This document shows positions 9,461-18,872 of a stretch of 64,000 bases of DNA, piece by piece. Source of the DNA: an uncultured Bacteroidales bacterium. Lineage in GTDB: Bacteria > Bacteroidota > Bacteroidia > Bacteroidales > VadinHA17. The stretch is from assembly GCA_963732115.1 (NCBI GenBank), contig CAVSYN010000024.1:66431-130430 (forward strand), written 5' to 3'. Made by a program: the position numbers and the translations under genes. The notes beneath the pieces were generated by a model. That model saw nothing but the letters and a program-made list of their open reading frames with translations, ran no database searches and was not told the DNA's origin. The first letter of the stretch is position 1. Every line of letters starts with the position of its first letter.

Positions 9461-10726
9461 TCAGGAATAGGTAAGCTTTAACTGATGGATAGAATTGGTG
9501 CAGGTATAGGTTATTCCCATATCATAAATATCCGCGATCTTTTTTACAATTGACAGGCCCAGTCCTATTGATTGAGGGTTATCACCTGACCTATGAAATC
9601 TCCTGAAAAGAAGCTCAGGATCAGTTTTCAAAGGGATGCCGCTGTTTGATATGGAAATAGATCTATTCCGGATAGAGCATTTAATAAATCCTCCGTTGAT
9701 ATTATACCTTACCGCATTGCTGAAAAGATTTGAGATCAGCATCTCAGCAAGTGCTTCATTCATCTTCACAATTGCATGATTCTCAGCCTCCATCTCCACG
9801 GTGATCTTTTTAAGCTGCATAATCTCCTTGTAGTTCAAAATATTCTTTTCGATTATCTTTTTGAGAGATAGTTCTTTTTCATCCCGGAAATAAAGATTTT
9901 CAATCCTTGAAATAAGCAGGAGGCTTTTTGTAAGCTTAAATAATCGTGTGGTTGCTTCATTGATTGACCTGATAATGTTAAGGCTATCCTTGCTGAGCTC
10001 TTTTTTCTGCATCAGCAACTCCGTCTTGGATCTGATAACTGCAAGGGGAGTGCGTATCTCATGTGCGGCATTTTCATTATACTCCTTAAGGCTCAGGTAA
10101 TCATCCCTTATCTTTTTAGTCATCCTGGAAAAAACGGTGTTAAGCTTCCGAAACTCATTTATGTTGGTTTCAGGCAGGTCAAGCGGCTTATCATATTGAA
10201 TATCAAATTTCTCTGCAACATCAACAGTTTTATAGAATGGATCCCATAATTTTTTGGAAATTATATAATTCAGAACTATTGAGATTAATAATAATGAAAG
10301 AAACAGGAAAAACATATAGAAACCGATATCGGCAAGTAAATTGTCCCTTTCGTTAAGACTTCGTAGAATACTGATAGTATAGCCTCTGTCTCCCGGTAAG
10401 TTTGCAGCAAAAAACAAATACCTGAAAGGCAGATTGGCGTTTGAAACAGTATCAACCACAATTGTATCTTTCAGGATTCGGACTGGTTCAACGTGATCAT
10501 CCAGCAGCCTGACTTCGATCTGGTGGCCGAAAGTAGGATTAAAATCGGGTATCAGACTTGTTTGTTCGATCTGATCCTCAATAATGGTCTTTTCCGTTAT
10601 TAGACTATTATCGATTTGTTTGTAAACCTGTTTCCTGATGGTGGAATATAAAAGGATAGCAATTGTAAGCATTGCTATGACTGAAGCGAGCAGAAAGTAA
10701 TATGTACTTTTGGTCAGTAATTTCAA
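9461..10726 (-). CDS. sensor histidine kinase
   Basis: 421 aa with two N-terminal TM helices, H-box HEIRTPLAVI, and N/G boxes (NAVRYN, GLGLSIVKK). Confidence 0.9.
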   Translation of the reverse strand: MKLLTKSTYYFLLASVIAMLTIAILLYSTIRKQVYKQIDNSLITEKTIIEDQIEQTSLIPDFNPTFGHQIEVRLLDDHVEPVRILKDTIVVDTVSNANLPFRYLFFAANLPGDRGYTISILRSLNERDNLLADIGFYMFFLFLSLLLISIVLNYIISKKLWDPFYKTVDVAEKFDIQYDKPLDLPETNINEFRKLNTVFSRMTKKIRDDYLSLKEYNENAAHEIRTPLAVIRSKTELLMQKKELSKDSLNIIRSINEATTRLFKLTKSLLLISRIENLYFRDEKELSLKKIIEKNILNYKEIMQLKKITVEMEAENHAIVKMNEALAEMLISNLFSNAVRYNINGGFIKCSIRNRSISISNSGIPLKTDPELLFRRFHRSGDNPQSIGLGLSIVKKIADIYDMGITYTCTNSIHQLKLTYS

Positions 10727-11400
10727 CTATCTGTAAATTTATAACCAAAGCCATAAATCGACCTTATGTAGTTCTTGCCCCCGGCCTCAACAACCTTCTT
10801 CCGAACATTCTTTACATGAGTGTAAACAAAGTCAAAGGAGTCTGTTAGAATAACTTCGTCTCCCCATAAATGTTCAATAATTGACTCCTTCGTAATTATC
10901 CTGTTCCGGTTGGTTACGAAAAACAATAATAAATCGTACTCTTTTCTGGTGAGAATCAGAAGATTGTCATTAACAAAAGCCTGATTATCGGTTGTATTGA
11001 CCCTTATTTCATTAAATGTTATTTCATTATTTCCCAGCAGGTTGTTCCTTCTGTATATTGAGTTGATCCTGGCGCTCATCTCGGCAAAATGGAAAGGCTT
11101 GGTCATATAATCGTCGGCACCTGTTTTCAAACCCGTAAGCTTGTCATCAAGTGAACTTCTGGCTGATAATATTAATATGCCCTCTTTAGGCTTGCTGGTT
11201 TTGAGTTCACGGATAACATCAAGCCCGTTGCCATCGGGCAGCCCTATATCGAGTATGACACAATCGTACTGGTTATCGCCTGTCTTCAAAGCTGCCTGCC
11301 TGTAGTTTAAAGCAGTTTCGCAGACATGCCCCTCCATACGCAGATAATCATGAATGGCTGCGCTCAGAGATCTGTCATCTTCAACTATAAGTATTTTCAA
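10723..11400 (-). CDS. OmpR/PhoB-family response regulator
   Basis: 225 aa with receiver domain (VILDIGLPDGNG) and winged-helix C-terminus (IRSIYGFGYKF). Overlaps the kinase gene by 4 nt. The start codon as sequenced is TTG. Confidence 0.9.
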   Translation of the reverse strand: MKILIVEDDRSLSAAIHDYLRMEGHVCETALNYRQAALKTGDNQYDCVILDIGLPDGNGLDVIRELKTSKPKEGILILSARSSLDDKLTGLKTGADDYMTKPFHFAEMSARINSIYRRNNLLGNNEITFNEIRVNTTDNQAFVNDNLLILTRKEYDLLLFFVTNRNRIITKESIIEHLWGDEVILTDSFDFVYTHVKNVRKKVVEAGGKNYIRSIYGFGYKFTDS

Positions 11401-11695
11401 CTCCTTTTCAGAATTAAATTAGGAAGTCAGCCACTGAATCATTTATCAATGCTTCTGCTGCTGACTTCCAAACTAATTAAAATTAAAAAGAGAACTATGA
11501 TAGTGTATTCGGACTTTAACCACATTAAAGTCTGAATATCTTTTCCTGTATATAGACAATAAAAACCCCCTACAGGTTCACCAGCAAAACCTGGATGGTC
11601 GACGGGAAAATAAGTCCGGCCATAACTTTGAGTGAATTAACCACTTTTTTTCATGTCCATCTCTTTCTAAATGAGACATGACAAAATAACCTTAT

Positions 11696-11748
11696 GATTC
11701 TGAAGAAGAACTGAAGTTCAAAAAGTTTAACAAATATTTAAGAATCCG
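11696..11748 (-). promoter_or_regulatory. conserved 53-bp element with 11-bp-phased direct repeats (copy B), upstream of the two-component operon
   Basis: CTGAAG at 11700-11705 and 11711-11716. 45 of 53 positions match copy A. A TATTTTG box (11682-11688) lies 11 nt downstream. An ATG (11652-11654) lies 45 nt from the proximal repeat. Confidence 0.5.
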
Positions 11749-11766
11749 GTCTGGTTCTTTCACTGA

Positions 11767-12585
11767 TCATCCATTACCAAGCCACAGTAGGGCATTAATG
11801 ATCAGCCTGTTCTGTATCCTGTTCGCAAAAGTAGACGATAATTCCAGTCCGGTATTGTTTTCGTAATCAATATCATTATGCCCCATATTGATATATAGCA
11901 TTTTAAAGTTGACATTAGTCCAAACCACAGGATAATATCCGCTATGCCAGATCTCATCCAGTTTCGGACCGGTCCCCAGAGGGAAACTGGCCGGGTCTAT
12001 TGATAAAAGAATCTTAATATCAGGATTTGTCCGAAGATCATTCTTCCATCTGTACCACTCGTTAGGTGAGGAATAAAATTTCTTTGGCAGGTGCTTAGTC
12101 ATAGGATTATGACGGTCCTCTACCCTAAGAACCGCTGATGTCGGCCGCCACGTGTTGCTTTTGTATTCTCCCGATCCCAGGAATTCATTATGATACCAGT
12201 CCCAGTTTTGTGGAAATTCGCTCGGTGTGAGGGCAAAAGCTGCAAAATGGAATCCAAGCCATGCACCGCCGTTCTTCATGAATACCTCAAATGCCCTCCT
12301 CTGTGAAGCCGAGTCCGGCCTTGAGTCGAGGAAAATCACAACCTGGCAATGAGAAAGAAATTCCTGATTCAGATTACTCCAGTTATCTGTCGCTTCATAA
12401 ACGAAATTGTATTTATCAGCTATTTCTGAAAACCATTTATTGGCTTCCCTTACAAAACTGATATGTGCCTGATCATTTTTTGCCTTGTAGAAGGCGACTA
12501 CCCTGAATTTACTAGTATTATCCCCCGCCATCGTACCTGAAATTACAGCGAAGCCTATCATTAAAACGAAGATTATTTTTCTCAC
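11767..12585 (-). CDS. ThuA-domain protein (exported)
   Basis: Listed ORF 11767..12765. The N-terminal 60 aa look non-coding. GTG at 12585 (or ATG at 12561) gives a signal peptide (VRKIIFVLMIGFAVISGTMA). ThuA-like core FRVVAF...VVIFLDSRPD...GGAWLGFH. Confidence 0.7.
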   Translation of the reverse strand: MRKIIFVLMIGFAVISGTMAGDNTSKFRVVAFYKAKNDQAHISFVREANKWFSEIADKYNFVYEATDNWSNLNQEFLSHCQVVIFLDSRPDSASQRRAFEVFMKNGGAWLGFHFAAFALTPSEFPQNWDWYHNEFLGSGEYKSNTWRPTSAVLRVEDRHNPMTKHLPKKFYSSPNEWYRWKNDLRTNPDIKILLSIDPASFPLGTGPKLDEIWHSGYYPVVWTNVNFKMLYINMGHNDIDYENNTGLELSSTFANRIQNRLIINALLWLGNG

Positions 12586-12828
12586 AATACCTTGATATTT
12601 AATGGATGATCCGAATATAGTTCTTACTTTGTGTTTCTTCCGGATACTGATCCCTGGTAAAAAGATCAAGTTCTTTGGGGATGTCAATTCGCAGGACTTT
12701 TCTTCAAAACAATCATGGCAAGAATTATTCCCAGGACTCCAAACGGATATGCTACCGCGTACCACAGGCTTATCTCTGGAATTTCGGCTTAATTTACTGT
12801 AAATTCTGGGGATTGTCAGGAAGGATCA

Positions 12829-13545
12829 TTACACGATGCTTTTCCTGAGGAATCCGAATATTGTAATTAAGCCGACAAGTGATAAAGCAATAATTGCCGT
12901 AATTACAATAGAATGGTAATCGGTCTGCCGTTTGATTACTATTCCGATAAATGCCCACACTACGGCAAGTCCAATAAAAGGATTCCTGAAACTAAGGAGT
13001 GCGGCTGAAGTTATAAGGGCCCCTGCAACTATCATTATTATTGTCCAGGTTTCCTGTGAAACACCAAATCCGTTCCACTTATAATAAACCAGAAGGGCAG
13101 TCACATTAGCGATAGTGGCTATGCAAATCCAACCAAGATAAATCCCGAATGATGCCTTGATGATCCCAAAAGGAATATGTTGTATGAGGTTGTTAATATA
13201 GATCAGTGTAACAAGTAAACCAACCATAACCAGCAGTGATAAAGGAAGTTTACCATAGTGCCAGAAGACGATCCAGAGTGCATTGAGCACGCATGAGATA
13301 CCAAACCACCAGCTGATGCTTCTTATGACAACCTGGTCTGCACCTGTAAATTGTACAACACAATAAGCAATCAGAAGAAGATAAATTACTCCCCATATTG
13401 AGAAGGTTAAACCTGCAGGGACAAACAGGTTTGGGAACGAGTCGGAAAGCTCGCCCGTTGTTTTATTATTAAGCGGAAGTGCGACGGCAAGATAGTTCAT
13501 CACAATCATTCCGGCAAAGAGTGCGAGGTTCAGGTATCTTATCAT
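12829..13545 (-). CDS. polytopic membrane protein (TspO/MBR-related, tentative)
   Basis: 238 aa with about 7 predicted TM helices. The Trp-rich N-terminal block LFVPAGLTFSIWGVIYLLL resembles proteins annotated as tryptophan-rich sensory proteins. Assignment is from memory only. Confidence 0.45.
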   Translation of the reverse strand: MIRYLNLALFAGMIVMNYLAVALPLNNKTTGELSDSFPNLFVPAGLTFSIWGVIYLLLIAYCVVQFTGADQVVIRSISWWFGISCVLNALWIVFWHYGKLPLSLLVMVGLLVTLIYINNLIQHIPFGIIKASFGIYLGWICIATIANVTALLVYYKWNGFGVSQETWTIIMIVAGALITSAALLSFRNPFIGLAVVWAFIGIVIKRQTDYHSIVITAIIALSLVGLITIFGFLRKSIV

Positions 13546-13573
13546 GAGTCGGGGTTTTGGTTATGATTGTTGT

Positions 13574-14860
13574 TTATTGTCCTATTCTGCAAAGGTAATT
13601 CTCTGTTCTTAGTATTACTGAATTTCTGAGAAAAGCGGGCGTTGCCCAGATTCCCGAATCCATCTGATTGTCGGCAATAACATTGTATGTCGTTCCTGCT
13701 TTTACGGCAAATGCTTCACCCCTGACTGAAAAGCACCAGATATTCCCATTGACATAAACAGGTGAAGCATTAAAGTTTGCCTTTAGGCGTTCCGACCAGA
13801 TCTCCTTCCCTGTTGCCGCATCAATGCACATAAGAATGTTTTTTGAAATAATTGAATAAATAAGCCCGTCTTTTATTAAAGGAGTCGATATCTGAGTCTG
13901 TATCTGGTCATCATGTTTCCTCCACAGGATATTTGTTCCGGTAATGTCCCCTTTCCCGTCAGGATTTACAGCCAGCAATTCGGTAAAGGTCCCTCCCGCC
14001 GGATTTACCATTGATCCCGTATAAAAATATACTATCCCCTTTTCTGCCACCGGCATAGGCACTGTGGATTCAGCGCCTCTGACGACCCTCCATACTTCCT
14101 CTCCGGTAAGAGGATCGTATGCACAGCAAACAGCTGATCCGTTGGAGATTAAAAGATCACGGCCCTTTACATTCATTATCAGGGGAGTGATATAAGCTTT
14201 CTTTCCGATCTGAGGAAGGGCCTCATAAGGTTGTGAAGGTCTTTCTGTACGCCATACCTGCTTACCCGTTGCTTTGTCAAGAGCAACAACAAACCTTACA
14301 TCAACTCCTTCAAAATGAAGGATAAGCAGGTTTTTATAAATTACTGGCGATGACCCCGGTCCCTGCACATGATTACACTTCAGATCAGTGCGTTTCCAAA
14401 CTATTGATCCGTCAGTTGTTTTAATGCAGGCAGTTCCCAAACTCCCGAAATTCACGTAAACAAATCCCTTCTCAATGCAGGGAGAAGGACTCGCGTACGT
14501 ATTGATTGAATGTTTGCTGATAGATTCGTCAGGAGTAAATACCTTGATGTCATATAATATTTTTCCAGTCTGGTAATCTGTGCAAACGGCATAAAGTTCC
14601 TTGCCGTCCGGAGTAGCTGTGGTAATCCAGATCTGGTTATCATAAACAACAGGCGACGAATGCCCTTTGCCGTGTATTTCAGTTTTCCATTTAATACTAG
14701 ATGCGTCCCAAACCATCGGAACTTTATCGGTTGTGGCAATTCCATCCAGTTTGCTTCCCCTGAAATGGGTCCAGTTATTATCCTGGGAATAAACCAGTTC
14801 AGATCCGAGTATAAGTATGAAGCAGAAAGCTGATAATTTAAGGAAAGAATTTCGTGTCAT
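13574..14860 (-). CDS. PQQ-like/BamB-like beta-propeller repeat protein (secreted)
   Basis: 428 aa with a signal peptide and repeated ...G..VW/IW... blade motifs. Only 28 bp upstream of the membrane-protein gene. Confidence 0.7.
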   Translation of the reverse strand: MTRNSFLKLSAFCFILILGSELVYSQDNNWTHFRGSKLDGIATTDKVPMVWDASSIKWKTEIHGKGHSSPVVYDNQIWITTATPDGKELYAVCTDYQTGKILYDIKVFTPDESISKHSINTYASPSPCIEKGFVYVNFGSLGTACIKTTDGSIVWKRTDLKCNHVQGPGSSPVIYKNLLILHFEGVDVRFVVALDKATGKQVWRTERPSQPYEALPQIGKKAYITPLIMNVKGRDLLISNGSAVCCAYDPLTGEEVWRVVRGAESTVPMPVAEKGIVYFYTGSMVNPAGGTFTELLAVNPDGKGDITGTNILWRKHDDQIQTQISTPLIKDGLIYSIISKNILMCIDAATGKEIWSERLKANFNASPVYVNGNIWCFSVRGEAFAVKAGTTYNVIADNQMDSGIWATPAFLRNSVILRTENYLCRIGQ

Positions 14861-14965
14861 AATATGATTATTTTCTATAAATATAGATTAAAAAAATAAA
14901 GAAACTTGTTCAACTTTAAATCAAGTCAAATTTGTTACAGCAGTGACTTTTGTAAAAATATTAAC

Positions 14966-17194
14966 TCACTTTTTGAATATCTTTCTCAGGAAGTTCCTTA
15001 GTTTTCTTTCACTTCTCGTTACCTGTTTTTCGTAGGGTTTCTTGTCCTTTTCAAAAAAATCGATAATCCTGTCAAAGAAGTTCTTATCCCTGAAATCAGG
15101 GCAATCGAGCGCACCGTAAAGTTCCGGGGGCAGGTCAGGAAAAGGTGCGATAAGTTGATCCCTTAACAAGGGATTCTGTTTTAGTTTCTTAAGTGTCAAA
15201 GCCACAACAGGCAGTGCAAGGGCGCTTCCTGAGCCATTTGCCCCGCTGGTGAAGTGAATTGCACGCGATGATGCCCCTGCCCTTGACACGATCACAAGTC
15301 TGGGATTAAAAGCAGCGAACCAGGCATCGGAATAATCCTGCGATGTACCGGTCTTGCCGGCAAGCGGAAAATCTACCCCATAAATGTTGTTCATTGAGAC
15401 TCCCGTCCCCTCCCTGATTGCCTTCTGTAACATGGCACACATAAGAGTGCTTGATCTTTCAGTGAGTATTCTGATCCCTTCGCTTTTAAAGTTGTCACTG
15501 TAAATAATGTCACCTTCCGCAGTCTTAATGGAGGTTATACAGCGAGGTGTTATCCTGTATCCTCCATTGGCAAATGATGCGTAGGCGATAGCAACCTCCT
15601 TAATGCTTGCCTCAGCTGTTCCCATTGCCAGAGAAGGAGTATTATCAAGTTTAAAGGAAAATCCCATCTTTCTCCACATGGAATCGATCTTCTCGAATCC
15701 AATCTGCAAAAAAAGACTGAATGTCGGGATATTCATCGACTGTGCCAGCGCACCGGAAAGAGAATACTTTCCCCCAAAAGAGTGATCATAATTCTCAGGG
15801 CTCCAGTCTTCAAATCCCGATAACTTAATTGAGTCATTGTCAAGATACTGACAGGGTTCCATTCCTTCCTCGAGCGCCTCAGCATATAAAACAGGCTTGA
15901 AAACCGAAGCAAGCTGCCGTCTTGCAAGTATCTGATCGTAAGGCTGTGTTTTGAAATCAATCCCGCCAACCCATGCCTTTATTCCCCCCGCTGCAGGATC
16001 TATTGCGAGCAATCCGGCATGCAAAATTGTCAGAGCTTTTCTCAGGCTGTCCGCAACGGTTATGGAATCTACATAATTTCCGTTCCAGTCAAATATTTCC
16101 TGGAATCTGATTTCATTAGACTGGCTGGTCAGGTTAAGTCTTTCAAGCTCTTTCGCGGTAATTTGCTCCAGGCTCCTTTTACCCGGAGCACTCTTGTATT
16201 GTTCATCCAGCTTTTTCTGCATTCTGGAAAGATGATTCTGCAGAGCCTGAATTGCATAATTCTGGAGGGTGAGGTTCAATGTAGTCGTAATAATCAGTCC
16301 GTCTTTTTCAGGATCCCATTTATTCCCGGTTGCTGAACCCAGGCTGTCAAGGATCCTGCTGGTTTCCTCTCTTACCTGCACAAGAAAATAATCGGCCGGT
16401 CCTGATTTCCCTGTTTTCCTGTAATCAAGCTTCAGAGGAAGATTTGACAGCGAATCAGCTTCGGAAGCCTTAAGGTAATTGTACTTCTCCATCTGCTTCA
16501 GGACTACATTCCGTCTCGTTATTGAATTGTCGGGATGCAGTCGTGGATTATAATACGTATTGGCCTTCAGCATTCCGATCAGCAAAGCCGATTCTTCAAT
16601 CTTCAGTGACTCGGCACTCTTATTGAAAAACCTGCCCGATGCTGCTTCGATCCCAAAGACATTTTCCCCGAATGAAACTGTATTAAGATAAAGTGTCAGA
16701 ATTTCCTCCTTAGTGAAAACCTTTTCAATACGCTTAGCCATTATCATCTCACTGATCTTGTTGGTTACAGTATGCAGGAAGCCGGTTTCCCTCCTGCCAT
16801 ACATATTTTTTGCAAGCTGCTGTGTTATAGTGCTTCCGCCACCGGATCTTCGGTCTCTGAATAGAATTGTTTTTACCAGGACCCTGAAGAAACTTCTGAT
16901 ATCATTCCCCCCATGTTCATAAAACCGGATATCCTCAGTGGCAATAAGAGAATTCCTCAAATGCACCGGGATCTGTCCGTATGAAATATTTATCCTGTCC
17001 TCAAACAGGAATTTGCCTAAAAGCTCACCCTCTTCAGATAATACCTGTGTAGCAACCGGATTTTTGTATTTAAGAAGTTCCTCCCTGCTTTTAAGATGAC
17101 CTGAGGATTGGGAGCATGCAAAAGCAATGAGCAACGCTGTTGCCAGTGATGCCAGCAAAATAATCCTAAGTTGTTCGTTATTACCCTTTTTCAC
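14966..17194 (-). CDS. mrcA: class A penicillin-binding protein (transglycosylase/transpeptidase, PBP1A-like)
   Basis: 742 aa with GT51 motifs ATEDIRFYEHGG and GGSTITQQLAKN, and transpeptidase SxxK (SVFKP). The GTG start overlaps the upstream stop (GTGA). Confidence 0.85.
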   Translation of the reverse strand: MKKGNNEQLRIILLASLATALLIAFACSQSSGHLKSREELLKYKNPVATQVLSEEGELLGKFLFEDRINISYGQIPVHLRNSLIATEDIRFYEHGGNDIRSFFRVLVKTILFRDRRSGGGSTITQQLAKNMYGRRETGFLHTVTNKISEMIMAKRIEKVFTKEEILTLYLNTVSFGENVFGIEAASGRFFNKSAESLKIEESALLIGMLKANTYYNPRLHPDNSITRRNVVLKQMEKYNYLKASEADSLSNLPLKLDYRKTGKSGPADYFLVQVREETSRILDSLGSATGNKWDPEKDGLIITTTLNLTLQNYAIQALQNHLSRMQKKLDEQYKSAPGKRSLEQITAKELERLNLTSQSNEIRFQEIFDWNGNYVDSITVADSLRKALTILHAGLLAIDPAAGGIKAWVGGIDFKTQPYDQILARRQLASVFKPVLYAEALEEGMEPCQYLDNDSIKLSGFEDWSPENYDHSFGGKYSLSGALAQSMNIPTFSLFLQIGFEKIDSMWRKMGFSFKLDNTPSLAMGTAEASIKEVAIAYASFANGGYRITPRCITSIKTAEGDIIYSDNFKSEGIRILTERSSTLMCAMLQKAIREGTGVSMNNIYGVDFPLAGKTGTSQDYSDAWFAAFNPRLVIVSRAGASSRAIHFTSGANGSGSALALPVVALTLKKLKQNPLLRDQLIAPFPDLPPELYGALDCPDFRDKNFFDRIIDFFEKDKKPYEKQVTRSERKLRNFLRKIFKK

Positions 17195-18132
17195 ACAGCC
17201 TCAATTGTAGATGGCGGTTTAGTGGTTATGTTATAGGTAACACTTACAATACCCGGGACTTCCTGTATTATATTGACGGCAAGTTTTTGAAGGACTCCGA
17301 ATGGTAATTTTGTAGGTGTTGCAGTGCGGGCATCCACGCTGTCCCAGCAACGAATCTCAATCTGCTGCCCAAAATCACGCCTGTCTTCCCTCATTCCTGT
17401 TACCCTGTCCTCGTGCAGGATTGCCATATACTGGAAAGCACCCTTACCACTTAGCATCCTTTCTGTGACTGCAGTTGCTTTGCGTACTGTTTGAAGTCGT
17501 TCTTCTGTCACTTCACCAATGATCCGCGCTGCGAGAGCCGGTCCCGGAAAAGGTATCCTGGTAAAAACTTCTTCGGGAAGACCGAGGGCTTTCCCCACCA
17601 CTCTCACTCCATCCTTGCGTAGCTGGATCAGTGGTTCGATTATCTGGTAACCAAACGCCTCCTGCGGGTCTATTCCCAGCTGGGCAAAAACATTATGCTG
17701 CCGTTTGATCCCGGCAACTGTTTCATCCACGTCAGTCAGGATCGTACCCTGCAGCAGGAATTTTGCCTCGCTCTCTCTGACAATCCGTCCGAAAACTTTT
17801 TTATAGAATGTCTGGGTAATCGCTTCACGCTTTTTTTCCGGATCCGTAACTCCTTTGAGTGCGGTCAGAAATTCTTTTTGTGCATCGATTATTTCGATTG
17901 CAATGCCCAATTTATGAAATACACCTTTTACCATTTCGGGCTCGCCTTCGCGCATTAGGCCGTTCTGTATAAAAACTGTTCTGAGTTTCTTGCCCAGCGC
18001 CCTGTGTCCCAGCATGGTAACAACAGATGAATCCACGCCTCCCGATAAGGCATTTATTGCTATTCCGTTACCTACAGCGGTAACAATTTCATTCACCTTT
18101 TCAGTTATGAACTCTTCGGTGTTAAGCTCCAT
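17191..18132 (-). CDS. stand-alone GMP-synthase-like PP-loop ATP pyrophosphatase (no glutamine amidotransferase domain)
   Basis: PP-loop SGGVDSSV. GuaA-type C-terminal dimerisation region ending KPPSTIEAV. ATG at 18132 (MELNTEEF) preferred over the longer listed ORF, whose extra 46 aa look non-coding. Confidence 0.7.
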   Translation of the reverse strand: MELNTEEFITEKVNEIVTAVGNGIAINALSGGVDSSVVTMLGHRALGKKLRTVFIQNGLMREGEPEMVKGVFHKLGIAIEIIDAQKEFLTALKGVTDPEKKREAITQTFYKKVFGRIVRESEAKFLLQGTILTDVDETVAGIKRQHNVFAQLGIDPQEAFGYQIIEPLIQLRKDGVRVVGKALGLPEEVFTRIPFPGPALAARIIGEVTEERLQTVRKATAVTERMLSGKGAFQYMAILHEDRVTGMREDRRDFGQQIEIRCWDSVDARTATPTKLPFGVLQKLAVNIIQEVPGIVSVTYNITTKPPSTIEAV

Positions 18133-18406
18133 TAATGAAATTTCTTTAGTCACGGTATGAAGTATTTCAAATGATATAAAAATGGGAATTAAGTCAATTC
18201 GTTTATAAAAGTAGTGATATTCTTTGGTCCCCGAAAGCAGTCTCAACCTAAAACTGAAAGAATAGCTCATTTCATGAACCTACCTCCGACTCCTCTTTGC
18301 TTCGTAAAAAGGGACGATTTCTGGTGTTACTAATTCGAAATTCTTGCCATTATAACTTTGTGCCATTGCGCCGTTTTCATATCTTCGTAACACTTAGATA
18401 TGTTGT

Positions 18407-18829
18407 ATGTACCAGAAGGACTACATCCTGCGAATGATAGAAATGATCGGCGATTTAATTGCAGGAATAATGGGACTGATAAGAAAGGGTGACTTCAGCC
18501 GTGCTTCAAAGGAACTTGGTGACATTTATCGTCAGATGCTGAGGGAAGACTCTTCTTTCTTCAGGAATATTCCCCCGGAAAAGCTGACTGATGCACTTCT
18601 ACATGAGCATAACTATTCCAGTGGCCATCTCGAGATACTGGCAGAGCTATTCAATGCGGAAGCTGAACTTGAGCTGGCACAGGGGAACAAAGCCGGAAGC
18701 CTTGAATATTTAAGAAAATCACTTATCCTTTTTGAATTTACCGATAGGGAACAAAGGACATTCTCATTTGAGAAGGAAAAGAAAATAGCAGAGATCAGGA
18801 AACGGATTGAAGCATTACAGATTGGATGA
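18407..18829 (+). CDS. hypothetical protein (helical)
   Basis: 140-aa ORF with coding-like composition and no recognised motif. Confidence 0.5.
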   Translation: MYQKDYILRMIEMIGDLIAGIMGLIRKGDFSRASKELGDIYRQMLREDSSFFRNIPPEKLTDALLHEHNYSSGHLEILAELFNAEAELELAQGNKAGSLEYLRKSLILFEFTDREQRTFSFEKEKKIAEIRKRIEALQIG

Positions 18830-18872
18830 CTTGCAAGAACATCCCTCACAACGGGTTCAGAATATGGCCACA

